64,000 nt of DNA. Source: Dipteris shenzhenensis (taxonomy: Eukaryota). Under the pieces are notes generated by a model. The model was not told the DNA's origin and did no database searches. It saw only the letters and a program-made list of their open reading frames with translations. A program made the position numbers and the translations under genes. The DNA lies in the NCBI GenBank assembly GCA_047967505.1, contig CM106538.1, one strand, 5' to 3'. Positions 39,637-51,899 of this stretch are shown here, piece after piece (position 1 is the stretch's first letter; every line of letters begins with the position of its first letter).

Positions 39637-40597
39637 ATGGCACGAGTGAAGAACACTGCTAGACCCACAGGACGCCGCCTCCACCTTTCCTCCTCTAGCT
39701 CCACCACCTCCATGGCATCTACACACACAAACCTATCCAGGTTTGGTGGCACCTCATCAAACTCTTGTGAGCCCTCCCCGAACTCTCATGAGCCCTCCCC
39801 CGACTCTCGTGAGCCCTCCCCCAATTCTCATGAGCCTTCTCCTCCGCAGTCTCGTGATCCTTCTCCTCCGTAGTCACATGAGCCCTCCCCCAAGTCCCAT
39901 GAGCCCTCTCCCAAGTCTCGTGAGCCCACTCCCCAGTCCCATGAGCCCACTCCCAAGTCCCAAGAGCATGAGCCTTCCCCTGATTGAGAAAAACGTGTTT
40001 GAGAACTCCCTGATATCAAGAGGCTTATGGATAGGGGTCAACAGACTGCAAGATCTTCCCTCTCCCAATGATAGCGCCCGTTGTGGATATGGTACCTGCA
40101 CCCGTAAATAGGGTAAAGCAGACGCCGATGAAGCCCCATCCCAAAAAAGGTGAAATCTCAAGACATCCGTGAGAGGGGGATTCAGGGGAGGATCGGTGCA
40201 AAGAAGAGTAGCGCAAGAAGTTCAAGGCAAACAAGAGGCCGTGGAACCATGTTCGGGTACATGTACAACCTCTACCAAGAGTCAGGAAGCCATACAGAGC
40301 AAAGCCAAGAGCACGGGCCCTAAGGGAGATCAGACAGATGCAGAGAAGACCGTCGACAACCTGATCCTGCATGTTCCCTTCTAACGTGTGGTACGGGAGA
40401 CAGCACAGGGGTACAAGTACGATCTATGATTCAATACAGGAGCTATGGGGACGCTCTAGGAGGCTGCGGAGCAAGTCACCACCTCTTTGTTCGGGGACGC
40501 CAACTTGTGTGCCATCCACACAAAGTGCATCATGGTCATGGACAAGGACATGGCTTTGGCAAAGCGGCTACGGAGGGACCCAAGCTTGAAGCCCTAG
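39637..40597 (+). pseudogene. Divergent histone H3 variant pseudogene with extended N-terminal tail
   Basis: Starts MARVKNTAR. From 40284: RKPYRAKPRARALREIRQMQ [2-nt frameshift ~40344] KTVDNLILHVPF*RVVRETAQGYKYDL*FNTGAMGTL*EAAEQVTTSLFGDANLCAIHTKCIMVMDKDMALAKRLRRDP, which aligns essentially without gaps to the H3 histone fold. The three stops fall at H3 Q68, R83 and Q93 and are explained by C>T changes. Confidence 0.9.
39765..39985 (+). repeat. ~21-bp coding tandem repeat (SHEPSPx / SREPSPx heptads) in the H3-like tail
   Basis: About nine imperfect copies of TCTCATGAGCCCTCCCC-like units. Confidence 0.85.
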
Positions 40598-40782
40598 AAT
40601 TTCTTGGAGCCCACCCTTTGGACTTAGACTACCCCCTGCCCTTGAAGGCACAATCTTGTATCTGAGGCCCAAGGGCGGATCTTTTTTAATAAAATATATC
40701 TACATGTTGTACACTATTGCATTGTTGTGAATTCTCCATGTTTATGACTGACGGTACTACTCATTTTAAAGTAATTTTTGAA

Positions 40783-41008
40783 TTCTACCAAATCCTAGAG
40801 GAATCTCACCATGGCGCAGAAGGCAAAAGTGACCGACGTCGCGAGGAGCCCAGAATGTCCTAAACCCGCCATGGCGCGAATTTGGGCATCAAGTCCAAAA
40901 TGCCCAAATTTGCACCATGGCAAGTTTAGGGCATTCTGGGCTCCTTGTGACATCGTAGACACTTTTGCCTTCTGTGCCATGGGGAAATTCCTCCAAGATT
41001 TGATAGAA
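40783..41008. repeat. Long inverted repeat / hairpin (~107-bp arms, 10-nt loop)
   Basis: TTCTACCAAATCCTAGAGGAAT...AATTTGGGCAT [CAAGTCCAAA] ATGCCCAAATT...ATTCCTCCAAGATTTGATAGAA. Confidence 0.92.
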
Positions 41009-41381
41009 ATGAACTTTGGATACCTAGAATTGGCAAAAATCATACTAAATTGGCTAGAAATGCATTAAATTAACACAATTAAAAGGATGGAGAAAGTATA
41101 TCATAAATGACTTTAAAAAAATACAATGGAATAAATATTATGAATTCATGATGAGCAACGATGACTCAAAATAAATAAGAAAGACATGTAGTCATTAAAG
41201 TCATGTATCCATTGAAATATATGTTTATATTTACAAGAGGCCTCACAGGCTATCTTTCTTATTTAGTTTGAGTACATTGAGAATAGGGGTCTTTGAATCC
41301 CCTAGTGGACTCCTAGATATAAACCTAGCTGCAATAGCACTAGCATCCTTCTCTCCTACTGCTAAAGACATAGCCGTTGTT

Positions 41382-41576
41382 GCTGTCAATGCCCTGACGT
41401 GAATGTTTGATTCAAAAGCACTGATAGCAGCTAGGCGGTGTACCAAAATCACTTTGTCGTCATTCCGAGTAATGTTGGAAGCTGTCAATGCCCTGTTTGA
41501 TCCAAAAGTACATTGATAGCAGCAGCTAGGCGGTGTACCAAAATCACTTTGTCGGCATTTCGAGTAATGTTGGAAT
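41382..41576 (+). repeat. Two-copy direct tandem duplication (~95-100 bp)
   Basis: GCTGTCAATGCCCTG...GCTAGGCGGTGTACCAAAATCACTTTGTCG...GAGTAATGTTGGAA occurs twice. Confidence 0.85.
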
Positions 41577-44049
41577 ATCCAATAGCGCGCAACAATGCCT
41601 TGCATTTCAACAGCTCTGTAGACCCTCAAGGAGAAAACTTATTGTGGAAGACCATGAGGTACTCTGCGACTTCGCCGAGGTAGTGGGCCAAAGAATGATC
41701 TCGCCCAAATGTGCTGCGAACATTACCCCATCGAGATGAGAATTCATCAACCTCAAACGCCTCCTGCAACAATTCAACAAACATTAGAAGACCGACAAAA
41801 CAAATTATACCAAAAGAACATCAAAATATAAAATATTGTTCGAACTTACTACTACAGCGTCGTCGACTTCTATCCCTTCCACATTTGCAATGTTGATGGA
41901 ACCAGGTGCTGTGTGATGTTCCATTTGGGAGGTGGAAGCTTTCTCCTAACCTTTCTTGGGGGTGGAAGCTTCTGCATGAGAGGGATGTGCATCATATATG
42001 GACATGCTTACATCCTTCATTGAAACCAGTGTCGTCAAGAGAAACTCTTCCATTGTCTGATCTTCGAAACCTAAAACCTCAGGATCTTTGACATGTGTCA
42101 AAATCGAGCCCGGATAGCATTCCAAGTGCCTCAGCCTCTCGTAGTCCAAAAAGAACCTCTATGTCATGGAGGAATACGTACTCTTTTCCATCAATGATGA
42201 GGGGGGACAAGGACCATCAATCAGCTTCTGGGTCAGCGGTCTCCAATGCAGATTCAAGCTCTACTCTTACTGGGGGCTCTTGAAGTAGGCTCAATGCTTG
42301 AGCTGCTTCCATCTCCTCTCTTGCATGGTCGATACTCTCTTTTGTGTACATGTCAGAGTTTAGTCTAGCGACGAGGATATCAGCAATTCTACTAGAGGGG
42401 ATGCTGGACGATGAGACTTCTTCCTCTAAATTTCCTTCTTAGAGAAGAAATATAAATGTCATCTCCCATGAAAGGAATTTAGTGCCTGTATTTTTCGTGA
42501 TCCCTGGTTCTAAGCCCTGGTTCTAAGATGTCTTTTACTTCTACCGTCTTAAACCCTTCCTCTGTAAGATTATCACAAAAGTGGACGAAGCGCTTCACAA
42601 ACTTGGGTTTGGAACAAATACTTGGTGTAATCTATCGGAACCCATCTCTTTGAAGAGTTGTCAACTGTATATGTAAAATTTATGAAATTCTCTTGCATGT
42701 AGTGGATGAGATTTGAGAAGTCATCCTTGGCTCGCATATATGTGCCTAGGACATCTAAAGTCCTATCAAACACAAAAAATAGCTATTCCTTGCGACCTGC
42801 AATCATGGAGCACAGCTCTAGCTGAATCCATGGCAAATAGCGATTGATGGAGTGAGTAACTTTTGAGGGTGGGAGTTTCTATGGCTCTCTAAAGGTGGAA
42901 TTGAGAATGTAAGGTAAAAATGGCTCTTACCCCTTTATGTATATCAAAATCCTAAAAATTAAAACTAATCATAAAATCCCCAAATATTTTGAAAAACATT
43001 TACCTTGAACTCAAAGGAGAAAACATCAAAAGAAATAACATGTTAATTTAATTGTCCATCATCTTTTGAAACAAGAACTAAGATTTGGTAAAAAATTAAA
43101 TGCTGCACTAGCCAAATACATTGTTAACAATCTTCAAAGTTGCAAGAGGAATGAAATTGGCACTATGCATGCACTTTTCCACACGACGGCTGATCTTACC
43201 ACCATTTAAGATAAAGTTAAAGGACTCCGACATGCTGTCCTCCATGGCCAATAGGTATTATCGCACATCCCTTAAAGTCCATTGCGATGTGTCATTCTCT
43301 TTCTTGACATCTCCCTCTTCAACATCAATAGACATACTAACCCCGTATTGTCTTCATCATTAGAGTCTAGGAGAAGCCATCGACCATTTGTTTTCTTCCA
43401 GCGCTTGTACTGAAAAGCTAAATACAACATTTGGCATGATAAATGATATCTAATAACCACATTGCCTTTACATGCGTGACATTGAAACACATCACCCTTT
43501 TGTTCGCCTAACCTGGTTTCCTAATTCATCCCCAAGTAAATCTTCAAGAGCATTTTCATCTACATGCTTGCAAGACCACATAGTTTTTGTTCTATGCATA
43601 TGTATATTCTGAAACAAAGTAGCAAAAATGTGCAGAGGCATAAACCAAGATAACCTTGCCCATTTGGATCCAAATGTAAACTTCATGGCCATGCCTACAT
43701 CCTTTGCAATCTTGTCCTTGTACCATTACAATGTCCTTGAGTTCACATTGCTACAATCCATGTCTTGAAGTTGTGGTGGTGCAACATAAATAACAATATC
43801 ATTTTAACTCTTGAACTTTCCATCATATTATCATGTCACAAAAAGTATTATCAAAGATAAATGCCTCAGTAATTTAACACCTTAAGAAAAAGAAGATGCA
43901 AAATATAATGGCCCTAGTAACAGACTTCAAAACTGAAATGAACTAGCTCATAGAAGATTTTGTCCAGTTTAGATGCATCTACTCTACTCCAGACTCCAAG
44001 CTTCAACATAGTTGTCAATCTCTCTCCAAGGAGCCATCCTTAGTTTCTC

Positions 44050-45730
44050 AAGGAGATCATTTTAGCCTTTAGACGTCTGCAAACCTTTCTCTCATTTCCT
44101 TGCTAGCATCTTGATCTTTATATCGACAAAGCATTTCATAGTTCCTGTCTTCATATGGCATTCGATCAGTGTCCAGCTTGATAATGCTAATCCTGTTTCG
44201 GGTCTCTGATATCTGCAAATAGCATCAGAATTTCGTTGGGCCATCATTATAATCTTTAGGTAGAAAAATAAAATACAACAACAGGATGCACAGATTGTCA
44301 GCTTCACAGGATTCAAGGACCAATTAGAAGCGATGCCTATAGAAAAGATAGATTGACGTACAGACCAAAGAAGCCTCCCCTAATCCATCAGAATTGCAGA
44401 AGCATGAGTAGCCTTTGATTGACCTCGTCTAACCCTTTCTGAGATCTGCTTATTTGTTAATACACCACGACTGCTAGCCTCAGAAATCATCAAAGCACAA
44501 ATATATAGTCCAAGGGTACCCAGGATAAATGTGATAACTACAAAGTCTAGCATTTAGGAACCCCTGGTTTGCTTACAACCCTTCCAAGCTTAGCAACATC
44601 TCTGCCCATCCCTTATTAATAAGTTATCCTCTGCATAATTCAAAAGGCGTTAGCTCTAAGGAGGTCTTGAAATGTTAAGAATTTGCAGCTCACGAGTGTA
44701 CTCATTCACTCAATCTAAGCTGACCTTGTCAAGAGAGAAGAGGAGCTGGGAATAACTATCTAGAAATGCGTCTAGGAATAACTATCTGGGACTAACAAAG
44801 AGCAGAGGGCTCTTTGTTGGATATTTTTTTGCTGCACATTCCTTTCCCTAAAGTCCATGTAACTTCACCTCTATAGAATCTTTCAATAGGATTACCCATC
44901 TCTCTCTAGAGAATCTCTTTCCAATCCTAGATCTTTCTCCTCCTATGACTAATGAACTTCCAGGTTATGTTTCAAAGGCTCTTAGCTTCTTCACAATTTA
45001 TGAAGACATAATTGATGTCTTCAGGGATCTGACAGCATGGACACAAGCCGTTTCCAAGCTTAAGTTATCTTTCCTTTTCTCGAGGCCCTGTGTAGATTAA
45101 CCATGTGGTCTTGTTTATTTTATCGAATCCCCCTCCCATATTTTTATGGCCCTTTTCTCCCATTTCTTGGGGGGGCTTTGATCAGTTGAATTTTCGATGT
45201 AGAGTGGTCCCAATCTCCAAGTTTGATCTCACATAAAGAGCTTGGCCATTTTGGTTCATAGTGAACCACACAGCCGTAGTGACCTTGAACTCTTCCTCTC
45301 TGTTCCAAATATAAGTTCTTAAATTAGAGCCGCCTGAGCCTGAAATTTCCCCTCAGCTCTGCCACCAATAACCAACCATTTCCTTTTCCAATAATACCAT
45401 AGGCCGAGGTTCCTACAGCCTTTTGATATAAGGTGCTTTTAAAGCAGGCTTCAAGAAGAACAAGGGGATGAAGAGAGAGTCCAGACCAGCTTGGCAAAAA
45501 GCATTTCCACACGAACATGACCTTCTGATCCTGCTAGGCTTCGCAGATGCCTTTGAATAGAGAGAAGCCCTTAGCTATGAACTCGGCCTGGCTGGTGACT
45601 GAGGACATCTCTGGAACCTACATCTACCTGGGAAAACCTGAAGGCTACAACCCCTTAATATTGCTCCTTAACAAGATAGCACCATCAAGGCTTGACGAAT
45701 CTAGCTGGAGGCCAGGTTCCCAGACCACTT
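44050..45730 (-). mobile_element. Possible old LINE remnant
   Basis: Only weak resemblance of the 45324-45518 translation to the post-RT region of plant LINEs; no diagnostic motif confirmed. Confidence 0.3.
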
Positions 45731-46342
45731 GAAATATTTGAGATGTCTAACCCACTTTATTCTTAGGAAGGAGTAACACGGTGCACTTTATGATCATGTG
45801 GTAATACAAATTTGATAATCTGCAAAAACCCAAAAGTATTATGCTTAAAATAACAGGGGATTGAACATCATGAGGACGAATCTGTAGTAAGCAAATTGCA
45901 ATGATTCGTTATATTACACATGGTGCACTTCATAATCATTATGGTAATACCAACTTGATACTCTTCAAAACCCCAGAAGGATAGTTATGAAAATAACAAG
46001 GGAATTCAATATAGTCGGGACAAATCTGTAATAAGACAAAATGCAAACATGACACTTAACAAAATCGTGAAAAAGTCACAAACTGTATTTTGCAGAAACT
46101 CAACCGTCCTTTGAGGTCTGCTGATATGGAGCAAGGAAAACTGGATTACTAGAAACTGCTTGATTTAAACAACCGATTCAAAATCTTGTAAAGCAAACTC
46201 ACTAGAACACACGTGATACGAACTCACTTTCATCCTTTCATTCTCCTGGTCTGAGTCCGCCTCACCTATGTTTATGTCATGCTAGCATCAACATTTCAAG
46301 TAAGAGCAATAAACGCTACCATTGTTACACTTAGCTTTAGTT

Positions 46343-48443
46343 TCAACAAGAACACTTTCCGTTCTTGAAAACATGAAAGCGCTTAACATCTCTGACAAGA
46401 ATAGTTCGCTGCTCCATGTTGGATATAAGTGCTGTAGCCGAATGAAGTTTCTGCAAACCCAAAGATATTTTACAACAGTATGGGTGTGGGACAAGCCATA
46501 GCCAACTTCCCACTGTGCCGACATAGCTCAAATTCTTTTAGATTGTCCTGGGACAGCCAATGTACATCTGGTACATATCCTTCTTCCATTATTTTGAAAG
46601 AAAGATCTTCTGGCTTTGCATATATATAATTGTGTTGGAAATGTCCTGTATCCCCGACCAAAAATGAATGCACAATTCTGTCAACGTCAGTCCAACTCTG
46701 TCCTGGCTTTCTCCATGCTTGTTCTCTTAATCTCATTAACTCAACATGCTTAGCTTCCTCCTGCATGTGAGCATCTGCATAGATGTTAGACATCAAGACA
46801 TAAGCTGCAGCATCCTGTTTATCCAGTTCCACTGCATGTTCAAAGGCCCACCTTCCAAGCTCCACATTTCCCCACTTCCAACAAGCACCCAACACAGTAT
46901 GCAACAGCATGAGATTAGGATTGAATGGCATCTTCTTTATCACCCCTACTGCCTTGTCTAATTGGCCTGCACGGCCAAGGAGATCAACCATGCAATTGTG
47001 GTGCTCAATAGTTGGAGTGATGCCATAGTCTCTGCTCATGGCCTCAAAGTATGTCTGGCCCTTCTCCACTAGACCTGTGTGACTGCATACAGAAAGAATG
47101 CTCAGGAATGTGACCCCATCTGGTTTTATGTCTTCTGCTCTCATTCTGTCAAGCATAAGAAAAACCTTTTCACTCTCTCCTAGCTGGGCCTACCCTGCAA
47201 TAAGTGCAGTCCACGAGACTGCATTTCGAACTGGAAGCTTGTCGAACACTTCCTGTGCTTTTGGAAGCAAGCCACACTTGGCATACATATCAACCAAGAC
47301 GTTACCAACAGACAGATCTCTTTCCAACAAGCCCTTTCCTGAAATCTCAGCATGTATTTCTCGGCCCTTGTCTATGGCTCCTATAATGCCACAAGCTTTC
47401 AAGCTGCAAATAAATGTGACCGCACTTGGAGAGACGCCCTCCAATTGCATCTGTTCGAAACAGTTCAGTGCGTCCTGACCAAGGTCATGTTCAGCATACC
47501 CTGCGATAAGTGCATTCCACGAGACTGCATCTCGAACTGGAAGTTTGTTGAACACTTCCTGTGCTTTAGCCAGCAAGCCACACTTGGCATACATATCAAC
47601 CAAGGTGTTACCAACAAAAGCATTTATTTCTGACAACCCCTTTCTCGCAATCTCAGCATGTATGTCTCGGCCCTTGTCTATAGCCCCTATGCTGCCACAA
47701 GCTTTCAAGCTGCAAACAAATGTGACCGCATCAGGAGAGACGCCCTCCAATTGCATCTGATCGATACAGTTCAGTGCGTTCAGACCAAGGTCATGTTCGG
47801 CATACCCTGCGATGAGTGCATTCCAGGAGACTCCATTTCGAACTGGAAGTTTGTCGAACACTTCCTGTGCTTTTGCAAGCAAACCACACTTGGCATACAT
47901 GTCAACCAAGGTGCTTCCAACAAAAGGATTTCTTTCCAATGACCCCATTCTCACAATTTCAGCATGTATTTCTCGGCCTCTTTCTGTATCTCTCAGCCTG
48001 GCACAAGCCTTTAGTAAGGCCACGAACGTAAAGCCACTAGGATGTACACAGTCCTCCTGCATTTTCTGGTGCAGCACGAAGGCATGCTCTAACTCCCCAC
48101 ATTCAATATAACCAGTGATGAGTGAAGTCCAGGAATACTCATTCCGATCAACCAACCTATCAAAAACCTGCTGGGCATCACACATGCTTCCAACTTCCAC
48201 CAACATAGGGACGAGGTAGTTCCCGAGTGACTTATGAGCTTCCAGCCCACTTTTGCGCAGGTAGGCATGCAAGCGCAGGGCATACACTGAATTTTTGTGT
48301 TTTCTGCACTTGCGCAAGATGCATGTCAAGTTTTCAACGGAAGGCCGCTGGGGCATGCGTTCCAAAGAAGCGAGTGCCTCCTCTAAGCTAAGCTCTGGCA
48401 ATTGTGCTATGGGGTTGTGCATGGCCTTGTTTGCAGTCTCCAT
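46343..48443 (-). pseudogene. PLS-class PPR gene with E and degenerate DYW domains (organellar RNA-editing factor type), disabled
   Basis: Repeated LVDMYAKCG / VSWNALIAGY / PDAVTFVCSLKAC motifs. In-frame TAG at 47190-47192 (IAG*AQ, where sister repeats have IAGYA). E domain (AAYVLMSNIYA), PG box KPGQSWTD, then a frameshifted DYW region (HSGKLAMA / VKYLWVC / HSATALIS...VRDVKRFHVFKNGKCSC*). Confidence 0.9.
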
Positions 48444-48949
48444 TTTCTCGAGCGTGCCTTTAACGCAACTTGAATTGTACCAGGCGTCTATCCAGAGCCA
48501 ATCCTTGGTGAGTTTCTGCTTGAAATCTGGGCTCTTGGGCTGCAGACTCGTCAGAATTAATCTACAGCTAAAAAAGTTGAGTTGGGCTCATCGTGTTTGC
48601 TGTTTCGATTGTCAAACCACTGGGAGGTACTCCTTCCATAAGTGCTCGGTAGTACAAGATTGTCGTACAGTAGTTGTCAGCATTGGCACACAGCCCTCTG
48701 AATCTGGCGAGCGGCGAGCTGATGGAAATAGCGATCCAAAATCATCATGCAATGCAAAGTTCATTAAAAAATCTTGCATGCAATTGCCCAAAATAATGAA
48801 GACACCACCCAAGTTAAACTCAAGTAAAGCCAAAAAGAAACTCCAGTTTGGTATTCCAAAAAATCAAAATAATACATAGATTTTACAATACTTGGTCCAA
48901 ACACGTCCAAATGCCTTCCAATTCCACTGTCTCTAATGAGCCATTGCTA

Positions 48950-50100
48950 ATAAATGTAGACCCCTTTATTCTTAGCTTGCTTGTTTAGTGTGTGACCCAT
49001 GCATTTTCTCATGCTTGGTGGTTCGTAACCACACTAAGGTTGATAATACTCACTGGCCATCCTCGAAAAGATGGTGTAAAGGGATGATTTCCCTTGTTGG
49101 TCCAATGGTCCCAAGCACTAACAAAGAGATTTGCATCCAACCCATGAAGTCTGTGCACTCCATGGCCAACTCTTCCAACTTCTACACAAATCACACGTTG
49201 GTGACAACTGTTGGGTGATGTGAGCCACCACATCCACCAATTCTATTTCCTCTTTCATATGCATGCAATTGGTCTTGACCCACCTTGTAGTAGTCATTGA
49301 GGACCTCATTTGCTGGTCTCTAGGTAGTTAATACTCGTTGCAAGAGTTGGTAGAACTAGGCCGCATAATCCTTGACATCCTGATCATCCTGATTAAGGCA
49401 CTCTCTAGAGTTTGCAGAATTGTCTTTTCATTGTGAAACCGCCTCAAGAATGCTGCCTTGATGTTACGAATTGGTCCACCAAATACTCTGCTAGCCACCT
49501 TGCTACCTTACCTTTGAGAGTAGACTCAAGCAGTGCCTCCTTGTGGGCTGCATTGACCACACTGTTCAGTGTGTAGACTTTGTTGAATTGTTGAATGTGA
49601 GCGTCCAGATCTTCCTTTGATTTTTCGACAAATTTTGTGTACTTCACTTGCACTTGTGTTGCCATTGGAGCATGCCTTGGACTCGCTAGTGTGAACTGCT
49701 ATTGTAGGGCTCGTTAGTGAGTCTAGTGCACTCCGCACTCTACGACCATGCTTTTGCTATCGGAGCGGTGGGCATGAACTCGCTCGCCTTCTAGAGACCC
49801 TGAGGGTGTGCTCTTTGCAATTCCTCCTTTAGATTGTTGCAAATTTGGGTTCTCTAGCCGAGAAGCATTATTGGAACCACTAGGTCTGGTGGTCCTTTTG
49901 AATGTGCGTGCATTGACCTCTCTGAGATTTTCCTATGTGATTCCGTTTAGAGCACGTATCTCATCATGGATAGCACGAATGAGATGTTTGAGTTTCAATT
50001 GAGTTTGTTCATCAAAGGAACTTCCCCATCCAAAATGGAGAGGATTTTTTTGCACCAGATAAGCTCCAACTGTGCACGATAGCTCTGACACCGCAAGTGC
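48950..50100 (-). mobile_element. Internally deleted Gypsy remnant (gag, possible integrase fragment); limits approximate
   Basis: Gag-like KYTKFVEKSKEDLDAHIQQF...LESTLKGKVARWL at 49444-49665. Confidence 0.6.
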
Positions 50101-51899
50101 TGAAGTTTGGATAGGGTCTCAAAAGGAATGGGTTATGTGTTGCTCGGGATCACATGTCATGTGCTATAGCAATGGGAGCACTGATGATTTGACATGATTC
50201 CTGAGAAATACCTCACATGAAGAATTGCAATGAGTTGTGGTCACCAAAGTGTAGTGCCTCTACATGGAATACATCTAGAAAACACTATTGGGTAGTATAC
50301 TATGAGGATGTAGCAAAGAGCATATTCAACAGTACTATAGATATAGGCATGAATACCCAAAGAAACAAGGAAAACACATATGTGGAAAGAGAGATTGTAT
50401 CCAAATGTCTGATTGATTGTATTCCAGCAATGAGTTATCTGTAGACCTATGGAACAAGAGTATATTGTGGTTCCCAAACGGCATATCTATGCTGGAAGTT
50501 GGTTACAACTACTCGCACCTCGAGGTATCCCCGCAAGGATCCGTAAATAAAGGGTTGTTTATACCTTAACATTCTTGTTCTAGTATCTCACTCTCGAAAT
50601 TGGCACCCTATAGTCTACATCTTGTGTTGTGCTCACATGTCTCTGGTTCCTCAGAACACTGTTGCACTTGCACCACATTCATCCTATGTTCAAACTGTTG
50701 TATTAGCTCTAACAACTCGCCTACAAGCCTCATTTTTTCTTTTGATACCATCTAAAACAATTGGTCTACCGTCATCTGTACTTGTACCTTGAATGCTGCA
50801 AATAATTTTGCCGATAGGCTCTCCTCCTCAGGGCAACTATTCAGAATTACCATTAGCTCTGCATGTTGTAGAGTACAACTTCAGGAAACATCCAATCCCC
50901 ATCCTTCGTACTTTCTTGGGTTTGTCTGCTTCTTGGATCCTTTAAATTTCCTTCAAAACTCCAGTACCTAATTCTTGCTAGTACTTCGAGCGCAAGCATC
51001 ACTCCCTCTTTGGGGTTTCCTCTTACTCTGGGTCTCTAATCAAACCTTTATATTGTCACAACCAGGACATTGACTTTCTCCGATGCCTTTTCTTCTATAT
51101 ATCCAATTCACATGATGAACAAACACATTGACATACTTCATATACTAGATAAAGGCTGTGAGATAGGAAAGTTGATATACTCAATTGAGGTATAAAGACG
51201 AGGTTGAAGGCCATGTAAATTTCAGATGATACAATTTCCAAGCGGCAATGGAAGACACATTTGCAATGAATGCAAAGGGAGAGACGCACTAGGAAAAATG
51301 CCTCCTTGTTGAGTAGCTAGCCTTAGAGGGAGCAAATGCACCCATCCAAGCAACGCCATCACACCAATTGGCATATTACAAATAACCTTCTCAAAGTCTA
51401 TGGAAGAAGTGGAGGCATTGTAAGCAATTTGAATGAAAATTCATCTTTTCATTTCAAAGCTCATAAGGATTTTGAATTCTCAATACAAACCTCATACAAA
51501 CATCAAAATAGCTCAACATAAGCAATTCAAGTTTTTCATTCAAAGATTGGCATGGTCAACTGGGTCCATTCAGTTACACTGAATTTATTCGATACTGTAG
51601 GTGATGTCCATAGGTTGGATCCCATAAAACATCTGAACCTTTTCTCCATCCATTCCCTTGTCTCTACATATGTAGGCAAAGGAAGACGGAAGTATCACAA
51701 GTCTTCAAATTCCAATTCATTGACCAATCTGCATTATGAGAATCTTCCCACACCCAATGCGAATTGCTATACATCTCTATATGACAATACAAAGCAAAAC
51801 CATTCCAAGTGCAAGTAGAAGGACAAATTTTGAAGACTAGCATGCTATAGCTTATCAATCTAGATTGCATATATTAAGAATACAACTGAAGGTTGTTCT

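Noticed and set aside
39637-40597. Calling the H3-like gene CENH3
   Set aside because: The long tail is CENH3-like, but loop 1 is canonical length, Q68/F84 are retained and it is intronless; phylogeny is needed.
47190-47192. Rescue of the PPR stop by U-to-C editing
   Set aside because: Such editing is organellar and would give Gln, whereas sister repeats have Tyr.
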